A stretch of 64,000 bases of DNA from an uncultured Gemmatimonadales bacterium. GTDB taxonomy: Bacteria; Gemmatimonadota; Gemmatimonadetes; Gemmatimonadales; GWC2-71-9. The position numbers and the translations under genes were made by a program. The notes beneath the pieces are model-generated. The model did not search any database. It had not been told where the DNA came from and saw only the letters and a program-made list of their open reading frames with translations. Of the stretch, positions 1 to 9,998 are shown in pieces. Position 1 is the stretch's first letter. The number at the start of each line of letters is the position of its first letter. The DNA is taken from contig CAVUAK010000001.1 in NCBI GenBank assembly GCA_963739455.1, forward strand, positions 1,504,001 to 1,568,000, in the 5' to 3' direction.

Positions 1-1101
1 TCATAGCACCACCATGGCGTCACCGTAGGAGTAGAAGCGATACCGCTCAGCCACCGCATGCCGATACGCATCCATCGTCCGCTCATGGCCGGCAAATGCC
101 GACACCAGCATCAGCAGCGTGGAGCGGGGCAGGTGAAAGTTCGTGATGAGATGATCCACGACCCGGAACCGGTAGCCCGGGGTGACGAACAGCGCCGTCT
201 CGGAGATGCCCTCGCGCAGTGCCCCGCGCTCATCCGCCGCACTCTCGAGCGCGCGCACCACCGTCGTCCCCACTGCCCACACCCTCCCACCCGCCGCGCG
301 CGTCTCCGCAACCGCCCGCACCAGTGACGCCGGTACCTCATACCGCTCGGCGTGCATCACGTGCGCACTCAGGTCGTCCGACTCTACCGGCTTGAATGTT
401 CCCGGCCCCACCTCGAGGTCGAGATCGGCGATCTGCACTCCGCCCTCCGCGAGACGATCCAGCAGCGCACCGGTAAAGTGCAGCCCCGCCGTCGGCGCCG
501 CGACCGATCCCTCGCGGCGCGCGTACACCGTCTGGTAGCGCTCCTCGTCCACGTCGCCCGGCGCATGCGTGATGTACGGCGGCAGCGGCAGCTGTCCATA
601 CCGCTTGATCGCCTCCTCCGCAGTGGCGCCCACGAACCGCACGACGCGATTGCCGTCCTCCAGCACCTCCAGCGTCTCCACGAATACGTCGGCCGCGAGC
701 GTAATACGCTTCCCCGGCCGCATGGCGCTTCCCGGGCGCCCCATCGCGATCCAGGTGTCGCCGGTGCCCGGATGAATGAGCAGCACTTCGGCCTCGCCAC
801 CCGATGGGCGGGTGCCGAGCAGTCGCGCGTGACGCACACGTGTCGAGTTGAGGACCAGCAGATCCCCGGGAGGGATCAAGTTGAGAAGATCCGAAAACCG
901 GCCATCCTGCAGCGATGCGTCTACCGTCGTCCCCGCCCATCCCGCCCTTCCCGCCCTTCCCGCCCTTCCCGCCCTCCCCGCCCTCCCCGCCATCACAAGC
1001 AGTCGACTCTCACCCCTCACCCCAACCGGCTCCTGCGCAATCAGCTCAGCCGGCAGTTCGTAGTCGAAGTCGGACAGCACCAGCGCACGATCAGCCACCA
1101 A
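1..1101 (-). CDS. queA: S-adenosylmethionine:tRNA ribosyltransferase-isomerase
   Basis: [65 protein letters not shown] and [10 protein letters not shown] motifs; follows ruvB; carries an in-frame GRA repeat insertion. Confidence 0.97.
   Translation of the reverse strand: MVADRALVLSDFDYELPAELIAQEPVGVRGESRLLVMAGRAGRAGRAGRAGRAGWAGTTVDASLQDGRFSDLLNLIPPGDLLVLNSTRVRHARLLGTRPSGGEAEVLLIHPGTGDTWIAMGRPGSAMRPGKRITLAADVFVETLEVLEDGNRVVRFVGATAEEAIKRYGQLPLPPYITHAPGDVDEERYQTVYARREGSVAAPTAGLHFTGALLDRLAEGGVQIADLDLEVGPGTFKPVESDDLSAHVMHAERYEVPASLVRAVAETRAAGGRVWAVGTTVVRALESAADERGALREGISETALFVTPGYRFRVVDHLITNFHLPRSTLLMLVSAFAGHERTMDAYRHAVAERYRFYSYGDAMVVL
931..993. repeat. 9-bp tandem repeat (YCCCGCCCT-like) x7 inside queA
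   Basis: ccccgccca/tcccgccct x4/ccccgccct/ccccgccat read directly; encodes [20 protein letters not shown]. Confidence 0.95.
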
Positions 1102-2086
1102 AGATCGTCGTCTGCTGCGGAGGAGGCGTGAGACCGAACCGCTTGTACGCCAGCGCCGTGGCGCAGCGCCCGCGCTGCGTGCGCTCCAGGAAGCCCTGCT
1201 GGATCAGGTATGGCTCGTAGACATCCTGCAGCGTATCGGGATCCTCGCCCACCGCGACGGCGACGGTGCCCAGCCCTACCGGACCACCGCCGAACTTCTC
1301 GATGATCGTGGTGAGGATCCGCGCGTCCATGTCGTCGAGCCCGAACTCGTCCACGTTGAGCCGGCTCAGCGCTTCATTGGCGACGGGTCCCGTGATCTTC
1401 CCCGCCGCCTTCACCTGCGCGAAGTCGCGCACGCGCCTCAGGAGACGGTTCGCGATTCTCGGCGTCCCTCGGCTCCGTCGCGCGAGCTCGCTGGCGCCCT
1501 CCTCGTCCACCGGCACGTTGAGGATGCTCGCCGATCGCGTGATGATCCGCTGCAGCTCCTCCGCCGAGTAGAACCCGAGCCGCTCGACGATGCCGAACCG
1601 CGCCCGCATCGGTGGTGTCAGCAGGCCGAACCGCGTCGTTGCCCCGATCAGCGTGAACCGCTCCAGCGTCATCGGGATCGTCTGCGCATTCGGCCCGTCG
1701 CTGATCCGCACGTCCACCCGGAAGTCTTCCATCGCCGGGTAGAGAAATTCCTCCAGCACCGGCTTGAGCCGGTGAATCTCGTCGATGAACAGCATGTCGC
1801 CCGGGGCCAGCCCCGTCAGCAGCCCCACCAGGTCGCCCGGCTTCTCCAGCACCGGCCCCGAGCTCACGCGCAGCTGCACTCCCATCTCGCGCGCCATCAG
1901 CATCGCGAGCGTGGTCTTGCCCAGCCCGGGCGGCCCGAAGAACAGCGTATGGTCGAGGGTATCGCCCCGCTGCTTCGCCGCGTCGATCGCGATCTGCAGG
2001 GAGGACTTGACCTGCTCCTGGCCTACGAACTCGTCCAGCCGCGAGGGCCGGAGCGCCGCATCGGCCGCCGGTTCATCCGGCAGCAC
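1091..2086 (-). CDS. ruvB: Holliday junction branch migration ATPase RuvB (true start may be about 2123 across an indel)
   Basis: [12 protein letters not shown], Walker [40 protein letters not shown]. Confidence 0.97.
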   Translation of the reverse strand: MLPDEPAADAALRPSRLDEFVGQEQVKSSLQIAIDAAKQRGDTLDHTLFFGPPGLGKTTLAMLMAREMGVQLRVSSGPVLEKPGDLVGLLTGLAPGDMLFIDEIHRLKPVLEEFLYPAMEDFRVDVRISDGPNAQTIPMTLERFTLIGATTRFGLLTPPMRARFGIVERLGFYSAEELQRIITRSASILNVPVDEEGASELARRSRGTPRIANRLLRRVRDFAQVKAAGKITGPVANEALSRLNVDEFGLDDMDARILTTIIEKFGGGPVGLGTVAVAVGEDPDTLQDVYEPYLIQQGFLERTQRGRCATALAYKRFGLTPPPQQTTIFGG

Positions 2087-2294
2087 ATCGGGAGTCGTAA
2101 CCTGAAGGTCGCGGGGAGGTCACCGCTGGCCGCGCCTCCCATCGGACCGGCGTCTCGCCCGGCTGGAGCTCATGCTTCGCACCGCACGTGACGCACCGGT
2201 CTCGTACCCGCGTCGTGTCGGCCGCCACCAGTTTCCGGTTGGTCGACCCGCAACGCGTGCAGAGCCATTCGGCGGTCACTGCGGCTACCGGCAT
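2073..2294 (-). CDS. small zinc-ribbon-like protein (CxxC...CxxC); 3' end uncertain
   Basis: [10 protein letters not shown]...RCVTCGAKH; co-oriented between ruvA and ruvB; GGGAG upstream of the ATG. Confidence 0.65.
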   Translation of the reverse strand: MPVAAVTAEWLCTRCGSTNRKLVAADTTRVRDRCVTCGAKHELQPGETPVRWEARPAVTSPRPSGYDSRCAAG

Positions 2295-2333
2295 GAATCA
2301 AGTCTCCCTGTTCCCTGTTTCCGCTCCTCGAAC

Positions 2334-2923
2334 CTACCGCACCGCCAGCAGCTTGAGCGCTCCCCGGATCAGCGATGCCGCGTCATCCGGTCCGCTCGCC
2401 AGCGCCGACTGCACCGCCTTGTCCGCCTGCGCCGATGCATACCCCAGCGCCACCAGAGCGCGCACCGCTTCCTCTGCCGGCCCGAGCGTCGCCACTGGAG
2501 ACGGCGACACCGCGATGTCGTCCAGCTTGTCCTGCAGCTCCAGCACCAGCCGCTCCGCCTTCTTCTTGCCGATGCCCGGCACGCTGCTCAGCGCCGCGAG
2601 GTCCTTCCCCTTGATCGATCGCACCGTCCGGTCGCCGCCGAGCGCCGAGATGAGCGCCAGCGCCAGCCGTGGGCCGAAGCCGCTCGCACCGAGCAGCTTC
2701 TGGAACACCTCGCGCTCCGTCGGTCGGTCGAACCCGTACAGCGACCACCCATCCTCGCGCACCACCAGCTCGGTGTGGAGACTGATCCTCGTGCCGTTCT
2801 GCGGAAGGCGCTCCAGCACGCCCAGCGGCACGCGCACTTCGTATCCAACCCCGCCATCGGTCGCGAGAACAATCGTCTCGCCGCTTCTCGCCACGCAGAA
2901 CCCCCGTCACACTGCGCGATCAT
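2334..2923 (-). CDS. ruvA: Holliday junction DNA-binding protein RuvA (apparent frameshifts near the 5' end)
   Basis: GGVGYEV, HTELVVREDG..LYGF, GFGPRLAL, VPGIGKKKAERLVLEL, ALVALGY; ATG at 2923 overlaps the ruvC stop (ATGA); MIAQ/VTGVL/VARSG lie in three frames. Confidence 0.93.
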
Positions 2924-3480
2924 CCGTTGCCCGCCTTCCCCGCCATTCCCGCCCTCCCCGCCTTCCCCGCCTTCCCCGTCGCCAGCGCTAGCGCCCTGTT
3001 GTTGCGCGTACCGCGCAGCAACAGGTGCGTCAGCGCAATGGCAACTCCATCCGCCGCATCCGCCGGGCTCGGCGCCGTCTTCAGCCGCAGCAGCTGCGTC
3101 ACCATGTACGCCACCTGCGGCTTGAGCGCGCTCCCCGTGCCCACCACCGTCTTCTTCACCAGTCGCGGCGCATACTCCGCGATCGTCACCTGCGCCGTCT
3201 CTGCCGCCAGCAGGATCACCCCGCGCGCATGACTCAGCACCGCCATCGTGTGCACGTTCTTCGAGTAGAACGCCGTCTCGACCGCGACGATGTCCGGCTG
3301 GTGACGCGCAATCAACTCGGCGATGCCATCGTGGATGAGGCGGAGACGGGCGGGAAGGGACTCGTCCGACCGCGTGCGCAGGATCCCGCACTCGACCAGG
3401 CGATACGGCTCACGGGGCGAGGCATCCACCACCCCGTAGCCCAGCGTCGCCGTGCCCGGGTCGACGCCGAGGACGCGCAA
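2920..3480 (-). CDS. ruvC: crossover junction endodeoxyribonuclease RuvC
   Basis: VLGVDPG...GYGV, VAVE, VKKTVVGTGSA.K, DAADGVAIA; repeat-encoded C-terminal tail. Confidence 0.96.
   Translation of the reverse strand: MRVLGVDPGTATLGYGVVDASPREPYRLVECGILRTRSDESLPARLRLIHDGIAELIARHQPDIVAVETAFYSKNVHTMAVLSHARGVILLAAETAQVTIAEYAPRLVKKTVVGTGSALKPQVAYMVTQLLRLKTAPSPADAADGVAIALTHLLLRGTRNNRALALATGKAGKAGRAGMAGKAGNG
2929..2982. repeat. 9-bp tandem repeat (CCCCGCCTT-like) x6 at the ruvC 3' end
   Basis: gcccgcctt/ccccgccat/tcccgccct/ccccgcctt/ccccgcctt/ccccgtcgc; encodes GKAGKAGRAGMAGKAG. Confidence 0.9.
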
Positions 3481-3490
3481 GCCGGGGATC

Positions 3491-4241
3491 TCAGGCCTCG
3501 GCGGCCGCGAGCTGCGACGCGTCGATGTCGAAGTTGGAAAAGACCTTGGAGACGTCGTCCAGCTCCTCCAGGACCTCCATCAGCTTCAGCAACCGCTCGG
3601 CGTCGGCACCTTCCACCTTCACCGTGTTCTTGGGCACCTGCGCCAGTTCCGCCGATTCGCTCCCGAACCCGCGTCGCCTTGAGCGCATCGATCAGCGCAT
3701 GCACCGTGAACGGCGACGTGGAGACGACATACTGGTCGCCCTCGCGCGCAAAATCCTCGGCGCCGGCGTCGAGCGCTGCTTCGAGTGCCTTGTCCTCGTC
3801 GAATTTCGTCGCGTCGATGTAGATCAGCCCCTTGTGATCGAACATCCACGCCACCGATCCGCTCGCACCCAGGTTCCCATGGTTGCGGCTGAACGCATGA
3901 CGCACCTCGGCGACAGTCCGATTCGGGTTGTCGGTGGTGGCTTCGATCAGGATGGCAGCACCGCCGGGGCCGTAGCCCTCGTACGTCAACTCCAGGTACT
4001 GCGCCCCCTCGAGCTCGCCGGTGCCCTTCTTGATGGCGCGCTCGATGTTTTCCTTCGGCATGTTGACCGCGCGCGCGCCGTCCATGGCCAGGCGCAGCCG
4101 CGGGTTACCGTCGGGGTCGCCGCCGCCCGCTCGCGCCGCCACGGTGATTTCGCGGATGATCTTGGTCCAGACCGACGCGCGACGCGAGTCGGTGACCGCC
4201 TTCTTCCGCTTGATCTGCTTCCATTTACTGTGGCCAGCCAT
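3491..4241 (-). CDS. yebC: YebC/PmpR family protein (frameshift near 3670-3690)
   Basis: MAGHSKWKQIKRKK, NPRLRLA, YEGYGPGG, TDNPNRT; the C-terminus LEELDDVSKVFSNF is in ORF 3491..3688. Confidence 0.93.
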
Positions 4242-4321
4242 CGCCACGGACTCCTTGCTCGATTGGAACTGCTGGAATCACGGAAACATAAGCCGGGCCA
4301 CATGTTGCAGCAACGCGAACG

Positions 4322-4350
4322 TTGACCCCGGGCGCCCCTTTGGCTACTCT
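4322..4350 (+). promoter_or_regulatory. sigma70-type promoter for the 4360 lipoprotein gene
   Basis: TTGACC-N17-TACTCT, 9 nt before the ATG. Confidence 0.6.
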
Positions 4351-4359
4351 CCTCGCCCT

Positions 4360-4863
4360 ATGCGACTCCCCAATTTGCTGCTCCCGCTCGGCGCCATCCT
4401 GGCACTTGCCGCTTGCCAGAAAGAGAAGCCGATCGAGGTCCCCAGTGCGCTCGATGTCTTCCCGGCCATCATCATGCCGCCGAATGCCTCGTTTGTCTCC
4501 AAGGCGGGCAGCAAGGAGGCGCTGGCCGTCGTGGTGCGCACCACCCTGCAGCCCGAGGCCGCGGCCAACTTCTACCGCGCCGCGCTGCACCCGCCCGAAT
4601 GGCGCCTCGTCAGCGACTCGAAGGACAACCAGGGCCGCACCATCCTTTACGCCGAGCGCGGCGGACGACCCCTCTGGGTCCGGGTGTACCCCGACTCCGA
4701 GTTCAACGCCACCTTTGTCGAGATGACCGGCGCCGTCGCCAAGCTCCACCCCGATTCCACCAAGGCGCCCACCGATAGCGAAGCCATTGCGGCAGGAGAG
4801 CTTCCGCAGCCGGCGGCCACCTTCAAGCCCATCGCCCCGCCCAGGATGGTGCAGCCGAGATAG
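4360..4863 (+). CDS. hypothetical lipoprotein
   Basis: MRLPNLLLPLGAILALAAC signal peptide II/lipobox; C-rich third codon positions. Confidence 0.75.
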   Translation: MRLPNLLLPLGAILALAACQKEKPIEVPSALDVFPAIIMPPNASFVSKAGSKEALAVVVRTTLQPEAAANFYRAALHPPEWRLVSDSKDNQGRTILYAERGGRPLWVRVYPDSEFNATFVEMTGAVAKLHPDSTKAPTDSEAIAAGELPQPAATFKPIAPPRMVQPR

Positions 4864-4978
4864 TCGACAGTCGTGAGTCGACAGTCGTCAGGGAGTCGTC
4901 AGCCCTGAGTTGCTGGTCATGCGGGCCCCTGCCGACTGCGGGCTGACTGCCCACTGCCGACCGCCGACTGTCGACTGG
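4862..4978. repeat. inverted heptamer array element (AGTCGWC)n...(GACTGYC)n
   Basis: agtcgac agtcgtg agtcgac agtcgtc ... then gactgcg/gactgcc/cactgcc/gaccgcc/gactgtc; lies between convergent genes. Confidence 0.8.
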
Positions 4979-5321
4979 CTCTCGCAATCACCTCCCCCGC
5001 CTCCACCCCCAGCGTCTCCCGCACCGGCGCGGTCAGTTGCTGGAGCGCCATCGCCGCCGGGCGCGTCCCCGGGTCTCGCAGTAGCGCCAGCGTCCCCGCC
5101 AGCGCTCGCCGGAGCGGGGGAGACAGGCTCAGCCGCGCCAGCCGCCGTTCCAGTGCCTCGATCCGTCGCCTCTGTGCCCGCTCTGGAAGCGGTGGATCCA
5201 GCCCCTGATCCAGCGCCACCCGCGCCGTCAGCCAGACGGCAAACAGCCCCTCCCGCCGCGGTCCCCGCGCCGACAAGGCCAGTAGCTCCAGCAGTGGATC
5301 GGCGTCATTTGAAGTGAGCAT
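4917..5321 (-). CDS. hypothetical helical protein
   Basis: 134-aa ORF downstream of the GT9 gene; C-terminus SRQSAVGSGQS derives from the heptamer repeat. Confidence 0.6.
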   Translation of the reverse strand: MLTSNDADPLLELLALSARGPRREGLFAVWLTARVALDQGLDPPLPERAQRRRIEALERRLARLSLSPPLRRALAGTLALLRDPGTRPAAMALQQLTAPVRETLGVEAGEVIARASRQSAVGSGQSARSRQGPA

Positions 5322-5323
5322 GG

Positions 5324-5441
5324 CAGTCGTCAGTCGTCAGTCGTCAGCAAGTCGGCAGTCCTCGGCCGTAACACAATCGTCGCCAAGCGCTGGAAGCAGC
5401 TCAAGACTGACCACTCTCTGACGACTGACGACTGACGACTG
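5324..5441. repeat. inverted heptamer array element
   Basis: cagtcgt x3 cagcaagtcggcagtc ... gactgac cactctc tgacgac tgacgac tgacgac tg. Confidence 0.85.
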
Positions 5442-6423
5442 CGTTCACCACCGTCTCCACCAAAATCTCTCTCAGACATCGATGATGCCCGAGAGGGCAG
5501 GCCGCCCCGCCCTGCGCACTGCACGGTCGGCACCCGAGCGCCACCTCCAGTACCGTGGCCGGCGACCGATACGGGAAGAACCCGAACTGCCGCACCGTCG
5601 GCCCGAACAGCGCCACCACCCGCGTTCCCACCGCCGTCGCCAGGTGCATCAGCCCCGTGTCTCCGCTCACCACCACGTGGGACGCGCGAAGTACCGCCGC
5701 CGTCTCCTGCAGGCCCAGCGCACCTGCCGTCGACGCCGCATGCGCCCCGCCCGCCGCCGCGATCAGTGCGCCCTCTTCCCGGAAATCCCCGCCCGTCAGC
5801 ACCGCGACGTCGTAGCCCTGTGCAACCAGTGACGAGCTCAGCCTCTCCCAGTATTCCGTCGGCCATCGCTTGGTAAAGTGTGCCGCGCCCGGCGCGAGCG
5901 CCGCAATCGGTCGGCTGCCGAGCCCCTGCTTCCCGAACCAGGCCACACCACTCGCCGCTGCGGCCGTCCCGATCCCCACCTCCGCCGGCCCGCCGTCAGG
6001 TGTCACGTCCAGGTCCCGCGCCGCCTCGAAGAACCGCTCCGCCTCCGGCACCGAGTCGCCGTACACGTCCCGCTTGGTGTGTACCAGCATCCACCTCGCC
6101 CCTCGCCGCTTGCTGTACCCCCGCCAGTTGCCCGGAACCATCACCCTCAGGAGACGGGTGCGCGTGACGCCATGCAGGTCCAGCAGGTGGGTGAACTCCC
6201 GCGCCCGGAGCCGCGCCGCCAGCTCCCCCAGCGACTCGCTCTTCGGATCGAACGTCATGACGTCGACACCGGCCGGATGATCCGCCACCAGCGGCGCAAA
6301 CGCCGGCCGTGTCAGGTAGACGATCTCCGCCTCCGGGTGCCGGGCCCTGAGTGCCCGCACCAGCGGCGTCGTGAGGATGACGTCGCCCATGGAGCTGAGC
6401 CGGACCAGGAGAATGCGTGTCAT
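5401..6423 (-). CDS. glycosyltransferase family 9 (ADP-heptose:LPS heptosyltransferase, WaaF-like)
   Basis: MTRILLVRLSSMGDVILTTP, APGAAHFTKRWP, SGDTGLMHLATAVGT..VALFGPT, CRPCS...C..GHHRC. Confidence 0.92.
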   Translation of the reverse strand: MTRILLVRLSSMGDVILTTPLVRALRARHPEAEIVYLTRPAFAPLVADHPAGVDVMTFDPKSESLGELAARLRAREFTHLLDLHGVTRTRLLRVMVPGNWRGYSKRRGARWMLVHTKRDVYGDSVPEAERFFEAARDLDVTPDGGPAEVGIGTAAAASGVAWFGKQGLGSRPIAALAPGAAHFTKRWPTEYWERLSSSLVAQGYDVAVLTGGDFREEGALIAAAGGAHAASTAGALGLQETAAVLRASHVVVSGDTGLMHLATAVGTRVVALFGPTVRQFGFFPYRSPATVLEVALGCRPCSAQGGAACPLGHHRCLREILVETVVNAVVSRQSSESGQS

Positions 6424-6451
6424 GGAAGGCCGGAACTTACCTTGCGGACTC

Positions 6452-6557
6452 CGCTGTCGCAGTTCCTCCTTACGCCGTCGCAGTTCCTCCTTACGCCGTC
6501 GCAGTTCCTCCTCACGCCGTCGCAGTTCCTCCTCACGCCGTCGCAGTTCCTCCGTCA
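6452..6557. repeat. 21-bp tandem repeat x5 (CGCCGTCGCAGTTCCTCCTYA)
   Basis: five near-identical head-to-tail units in the divergent intergenic region, with no spacers. Confidence 0.95.
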
Positions 6558-6576
6558 CGCCGTTAGCTTTACCCCC

Positions 6577-8142
6577 ATGCCACGCCCGCGCTCGATCCTC
6601 TGGGTCGACGACGAAATCGAGTCCCTCACCTCGCACGTCATGTTCCTCGAGGAGCAGGGCTTTGTCGTCGACACCAGCGCCCATGGTGACGACGCCCTCG
6701 TCATGCTCCAGCGCCAGCCCTACGGCGTCGTGCTCCTCGACGAACAGATGCCCGGCCGGCGCGGTCTCGAGCTCTTCCGCGCCATCCGCAGCATGGACCA
6801 GTCCATGCCCGTCGTCATGGTGACGAAGAGCGAGGAACCCGAGACCTTCAAGGACGCGCTCGGCGCCGAGATCTCCGACTATCTCGTCAAGCCGGTCAAC
6901 CCGCGCCAGATCCTCACCGTCATCACTCGGCTGCTCGAGGGCGACCGCATCAAGCAGCAGCGGCTCTCCCGCGACTTCGCCTCCCGTTTCCGCGAGCTCG
7001 AGGCGCGCCGCGGCGCCGCACTCGGCTGGCGCGAGTGGATCGAGCTCGTCGTCGAGCTGGCTGAATGGGAAGTGCGCCTCGGTCAGGCCGAGGAGCCCGG
7101 CCTGCAGGACGCCCTCCGTACCCTGCAGGAAAGCCTCCGCGCCGATTTCGCGAAGTTTCTGCAGCGCAACTACGCCAACTGGCTCCGCGATGGCCGCAGT
7201 GATCGCCCGCCGCTCTCGGTGGACATCGGCGCCGAGTTCCTGCGGCCCGCGCTCCAGTCTCACGGCAAGGCACTGCTGGTAGTGGTGGACTGTCTCCGGC
7301 TCGACCAGTGGGCCATGATCCGCCCCCTGATCGGTGAGCTCTTCGATATCGAGACGTCGCACTACTTCTCCATCCTCCCCACGGCTACACCCTACGCGCG
7401 GAACGCCATCTTCTCCGGGCTTTTCCCGTCCGAGATCAAGCAGCGCTATCCCAAGTGGTGGGCCGACCAGGACGAGAACAGCCTCAACGCCCACGAGGGA
7501 CAGCTGCTCGTCGAGCAGTTGAAGGACATCTGCGGTACACCGGTGCCGGTGCGTTACGAGAAGGTCTTCAGCGCCCAGGATGGCGAGGCGCTCCTGCGCC
7601 GGCTGCCGGCGCACCTGCAGCAGCCTGGCGTCACGGCTCTGGTCTTCAACTTCATCGACCAGCTCACCCACGGCCGCTCGGAGAACTCGACCCTCTTCGA
7701 GGTGGCGCGTGACGCCCGCGCCATGCGCGCACTCACTCGCACCTGGTTCGAGCGCTCGCCCCTGCTCGATGCCCTGCGCGAGGCGGAGCGTCGTGGCGTC
7801 CCGGTGCTGCTCACCACCGACCACGGCTCCATTCACTGTCACACGCCTGCAACCGTCTTCGCCCGTCGTGATGCGACCAGCAACCTTCGCTACAAGTTCG
7901 GCGACGACCTGCGGGCCCAGGAGGATGACGCCGCCATCGTGGTGGAGGACCTCCTGAGCTTCGGCCTGCCGCCTCGCGCTCCTGGTACCCGGCTCCTGCT
8001 CGCCACCGGCGATCGGTTCTTCGTGTATCCCACCAAGCTGCGCGAGTACCAGGCCCGGTATCGCGGTGCCTTCCTGCACGGTGGTGTGGCACCCGAGGAA
8101 GTCGTCCTCCCGATCGCCCTGCTCCTGCCGAGGCGCGGCTAG
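6577..8142 (+). CDS. PorX-like response regulator (receiver + PglZ/alkaline phosphatase-superfamily domain)
   Basis: ILWVDDEI, LLDEQMPG, MVTKSEE, YLVKP receiver motifs; VVDCLRLDQW, SILPTATPYARNAIFSG, TTDHG, FLHGG PglZ motifs. Confidence 0.9.
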   Translation: MPRPRSILWVDDEIESLTSHVMFLEEQGFVVDTSAHGDDALVMLQRQPYGVVLLDEQMPGRRGLELFRAIRSMDQSMPVVMVTKSEEPETFKDALGAEISDYLVKPVNPRQILTVITRLLEGDRIKQQRLSRDFASRFRELEARRGAALGWREWIELVVELAEWEVRLGQAEEPGLQDALRTLQESLRADFAKFLQRNYANWLRDGRSDRPPLSVDIGAEFLRPALQSHGKALLVVVDCLRLDQWAMIRPLIGELFDIETSHYFSILPTATPYARNAIFSGLFPSEIKQRYPKWWADQDENSLNAHEGQLLVEQLKDICGTPVPVRYEKVFSAQDGEALLRRLPAHLQQPGVTALVFNFIDQLTHGRSENSTLFEVARDARAMRALTRTWFERSPLLDALREAERRGVPVLLTTDHGSIHCHTPATVFARRDATSNLRYKFGDDLRAQEDDAAIVVEDLLSFGLPPRAPGTRLLLATGDRFFVYPTKLREYQARYRGAFLHGGVAPEEVVLPIALLLPRRG

Positions 8143-8144
8143 CG

Positions 8145-9998
8145 GTGCGCGACGAAACCAGCCGGTTGATGGCGCTCGCCCGCCCGTACCGCGGGCTGAT
8201 GATCGGGGCCCTTCTCTGTTCGTTTACCGCCTCGGCGCTCGACGGCATCACCATCGTGCTCCTGGTGCCGCTGCTCAAGCACCTCTTCGGCACCACCGGC
8301 GCCATGCGCGAAGGGGCGACACCGCTCGAGCGCTGGCTCACCGATACCTTCGCGCCGCTTCTGGCCAATACCACGCCCGGCCAGGCGGTGGCACGCATGG
8401 CGGTGGTGCTGGGCATCGGGCTGCTGCTCAAGAACCTCGCCGACTACGCCGCGTCACAGTTCAACGTCCGCATGCAGGAGGGCCTTGTCGCCACTCTGCG
8501 CCGGAAGCTCTACGACCATCTCCTGCGGCTCGACCTCGGCTTTTTCCATCGCACCCGCACCGGTCTCCTCGTCACCGCCGTCATCAACGAGACCGACCAG
8601 GCCAAGAACATCGTCACCGCGTCCATGGTGACGCTGATCCGCAATGTCTTCCTGCTGGCGACGACGCTCTTCATCCTCGCGAGCATTTCCTTTCGGCTGA
8701 CCCTGTTGAGCCTCGTCGTGGTGCCGCCGCTGGTGCTGGTGCTGCGCACCATCACACGGCGCATCCGCCGGCACTCCCGCGCCCGCGCCGATGAGCGGGG
8801 CGAGCTCGCGGCACTCGCCACGGAACGCCTCGCCGGCATCCGGCTCGTGCGTACCTCCGATGCCGCTCCCGAAGAGCAAGCGCTCTTCTCCGATGCCGTC
8901 GAGCGCTACCGCAAGCGCGTGGTTCGCACCAACCGCTTTTCCGCCCTCACCGCGCCCATCACCGAGACGGTCGCCGCCATTCTCGTCATGCTCGTCGTGT
9001 ATGCCGGCACCAATCCCCGCATCCTGGGCCTCTCGGCGCCGCTGGCTCCCGAGGTCATCATCGTCTTCCTCCTCTCGACGCTGCGGCTCACCTCGCCCAT
9101 CAAGGCCATTTCCCAGTTCCCGGCCAACTGGGCGCAAGGCATGGCCAGCGTGGAGAAGGTGTTCTCGCTCCTCGATGAGCCGGTGCTGGAGCCGGACGGC
9201 GGGCCCACGCGTCAGGCGACGTTCACGAAGGACCTCGTCTACGACAACGTGAGCTTCGAGTACGACACCGGCACGCGGGTGCTGCACGACATCTCTTTCC
9301 GCGTCACCCCGGGCCGCATGGTCGCCCTCGTGGGACCGTCCGGGGCAGGGAAGAGCACCCTGGTCGATCTCCTGCCGCGCCTCCGCGAGCCCACGGTGGG
9401 TCGCGTCCTGCTCGACGGCGTGCCGCTCACCGATGTGAGCCGTGCCTCGCTGCGCCGGCTGCTCGGTGTGGTGAGCCAGGACACCGTGCTCTTTCACGAG
9501 AGCATTCACGCCAACATTGCCTACGGCGTGCCCGGTGCCACTCGCGCCGACGTCGAGCGCGCCGCCGAGGCGGCCAACGCGCACGAGTTCGTGGCGCGGC
9601 TGCCGCAGGGCTACGACACCATCATGGGAGAGCGCGGCATGCGCATCTCCGGCGGACAGCGCCAGCGCATCGCCATCGCGCGCGCCCTGCTGCGCAACGC
9701 CCCGATCCTCATCCTCGATGAGGCCACCAGCGCCCTCGACACCCAGTCCGAGCGCCTGGTGCAGGAGGCGATCGAGCGCCTCATGGCCAACCGGACCGTG
9801 CTCGTCATTGCCCACCGGCTGGCGACAGTGCGTCAGGCTGATGAGATTCTCGTCCTCGACGAGGGCCGCATCATCCAGCGGGGCAGCCATGCCGAGCTGC
9901 TCGCCGCCGGCGGTCTCTATCGTCGCCTGTACGAACTCCAGTTCCGTGATGATGTGGAGCCTGCCATGCCGGTTGCCTCAGGGGAGATGCACGCATGA
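8145..9998 (+). CDS. MsbA-like ABC exporter (permease + ATPase)
   Basis: N-terminal TM helices; GPSGAGKS, ISGGQRQRIAIARA, ILDEATSALD, IAHRL. Confidence 0.93.
   Translation: MRDETSRLMALARPYRGLMIGALLCSFTASALDGITIVLLVPLLKHLFGTTGAMREGATPLERWLTDTFAPLLANTTPGQAVARMAVVLGIGLLLKNLADYAASQFNVRMQEGLVATLRRKLYDHLLRLDLGFFHRTRTGLLVTAVINETDQAKNIVTASMVTLIRNVFLLATTLFILASISFRLTLLSLVVVPPLVLVLRTITRRIRRHSRARADERGELAALATERLAGIRLVRTSDAAPEEQALFSDAVERYRKRVVRTNRFSALTAPITETVAAILVMLVVYAGTNPRILGLSAPLAPEVIIVFLLSTLRLTSPIKAISQFPANWAQGMASVEKVFSLLDEPVLEPDGGPTRQATFTKDLVYDNVSFEYDTGTRVLHDISFRVTPGRMVALVGPSGAGKSTLVDLLPRLREPTVGRVLLDGVPLTDVSRASLRRLLGVVSQDTVLFHESIHANIAYGVPGATRADVERAAEAANAHEFVARLPQGYDTIMGERGMRISGGQRQRIAIARALLRNAPILILDEATSALDTQSERLVQEAIERLMANRTVLVIAHRLATVRQADEILVLDEGRIIQRGSHAELLAAGGLYRRLYELQFRDDVEPAMPVASGEMHA

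Noticed and set aside
6452..6557. CRISPR array
   Set aside because: Units are head-to-tail with no unique spacers, and there are no cas genes.
5401..8142. 892-aa (-) and 754-aa (+) overlapping giant ORFs
   Set aside because: These are artefactual extensions through the stop-free 21-bp repeat and antisense frames. The recognisable proteins start at 6423 (-) and 6577 (+).
6577..8142. BREX/Pgl phage defence
   Set aside because: The PglZ domain is fused to a receiver domain (PorX architecture), and no brxC/pglX/brxL genes are present.
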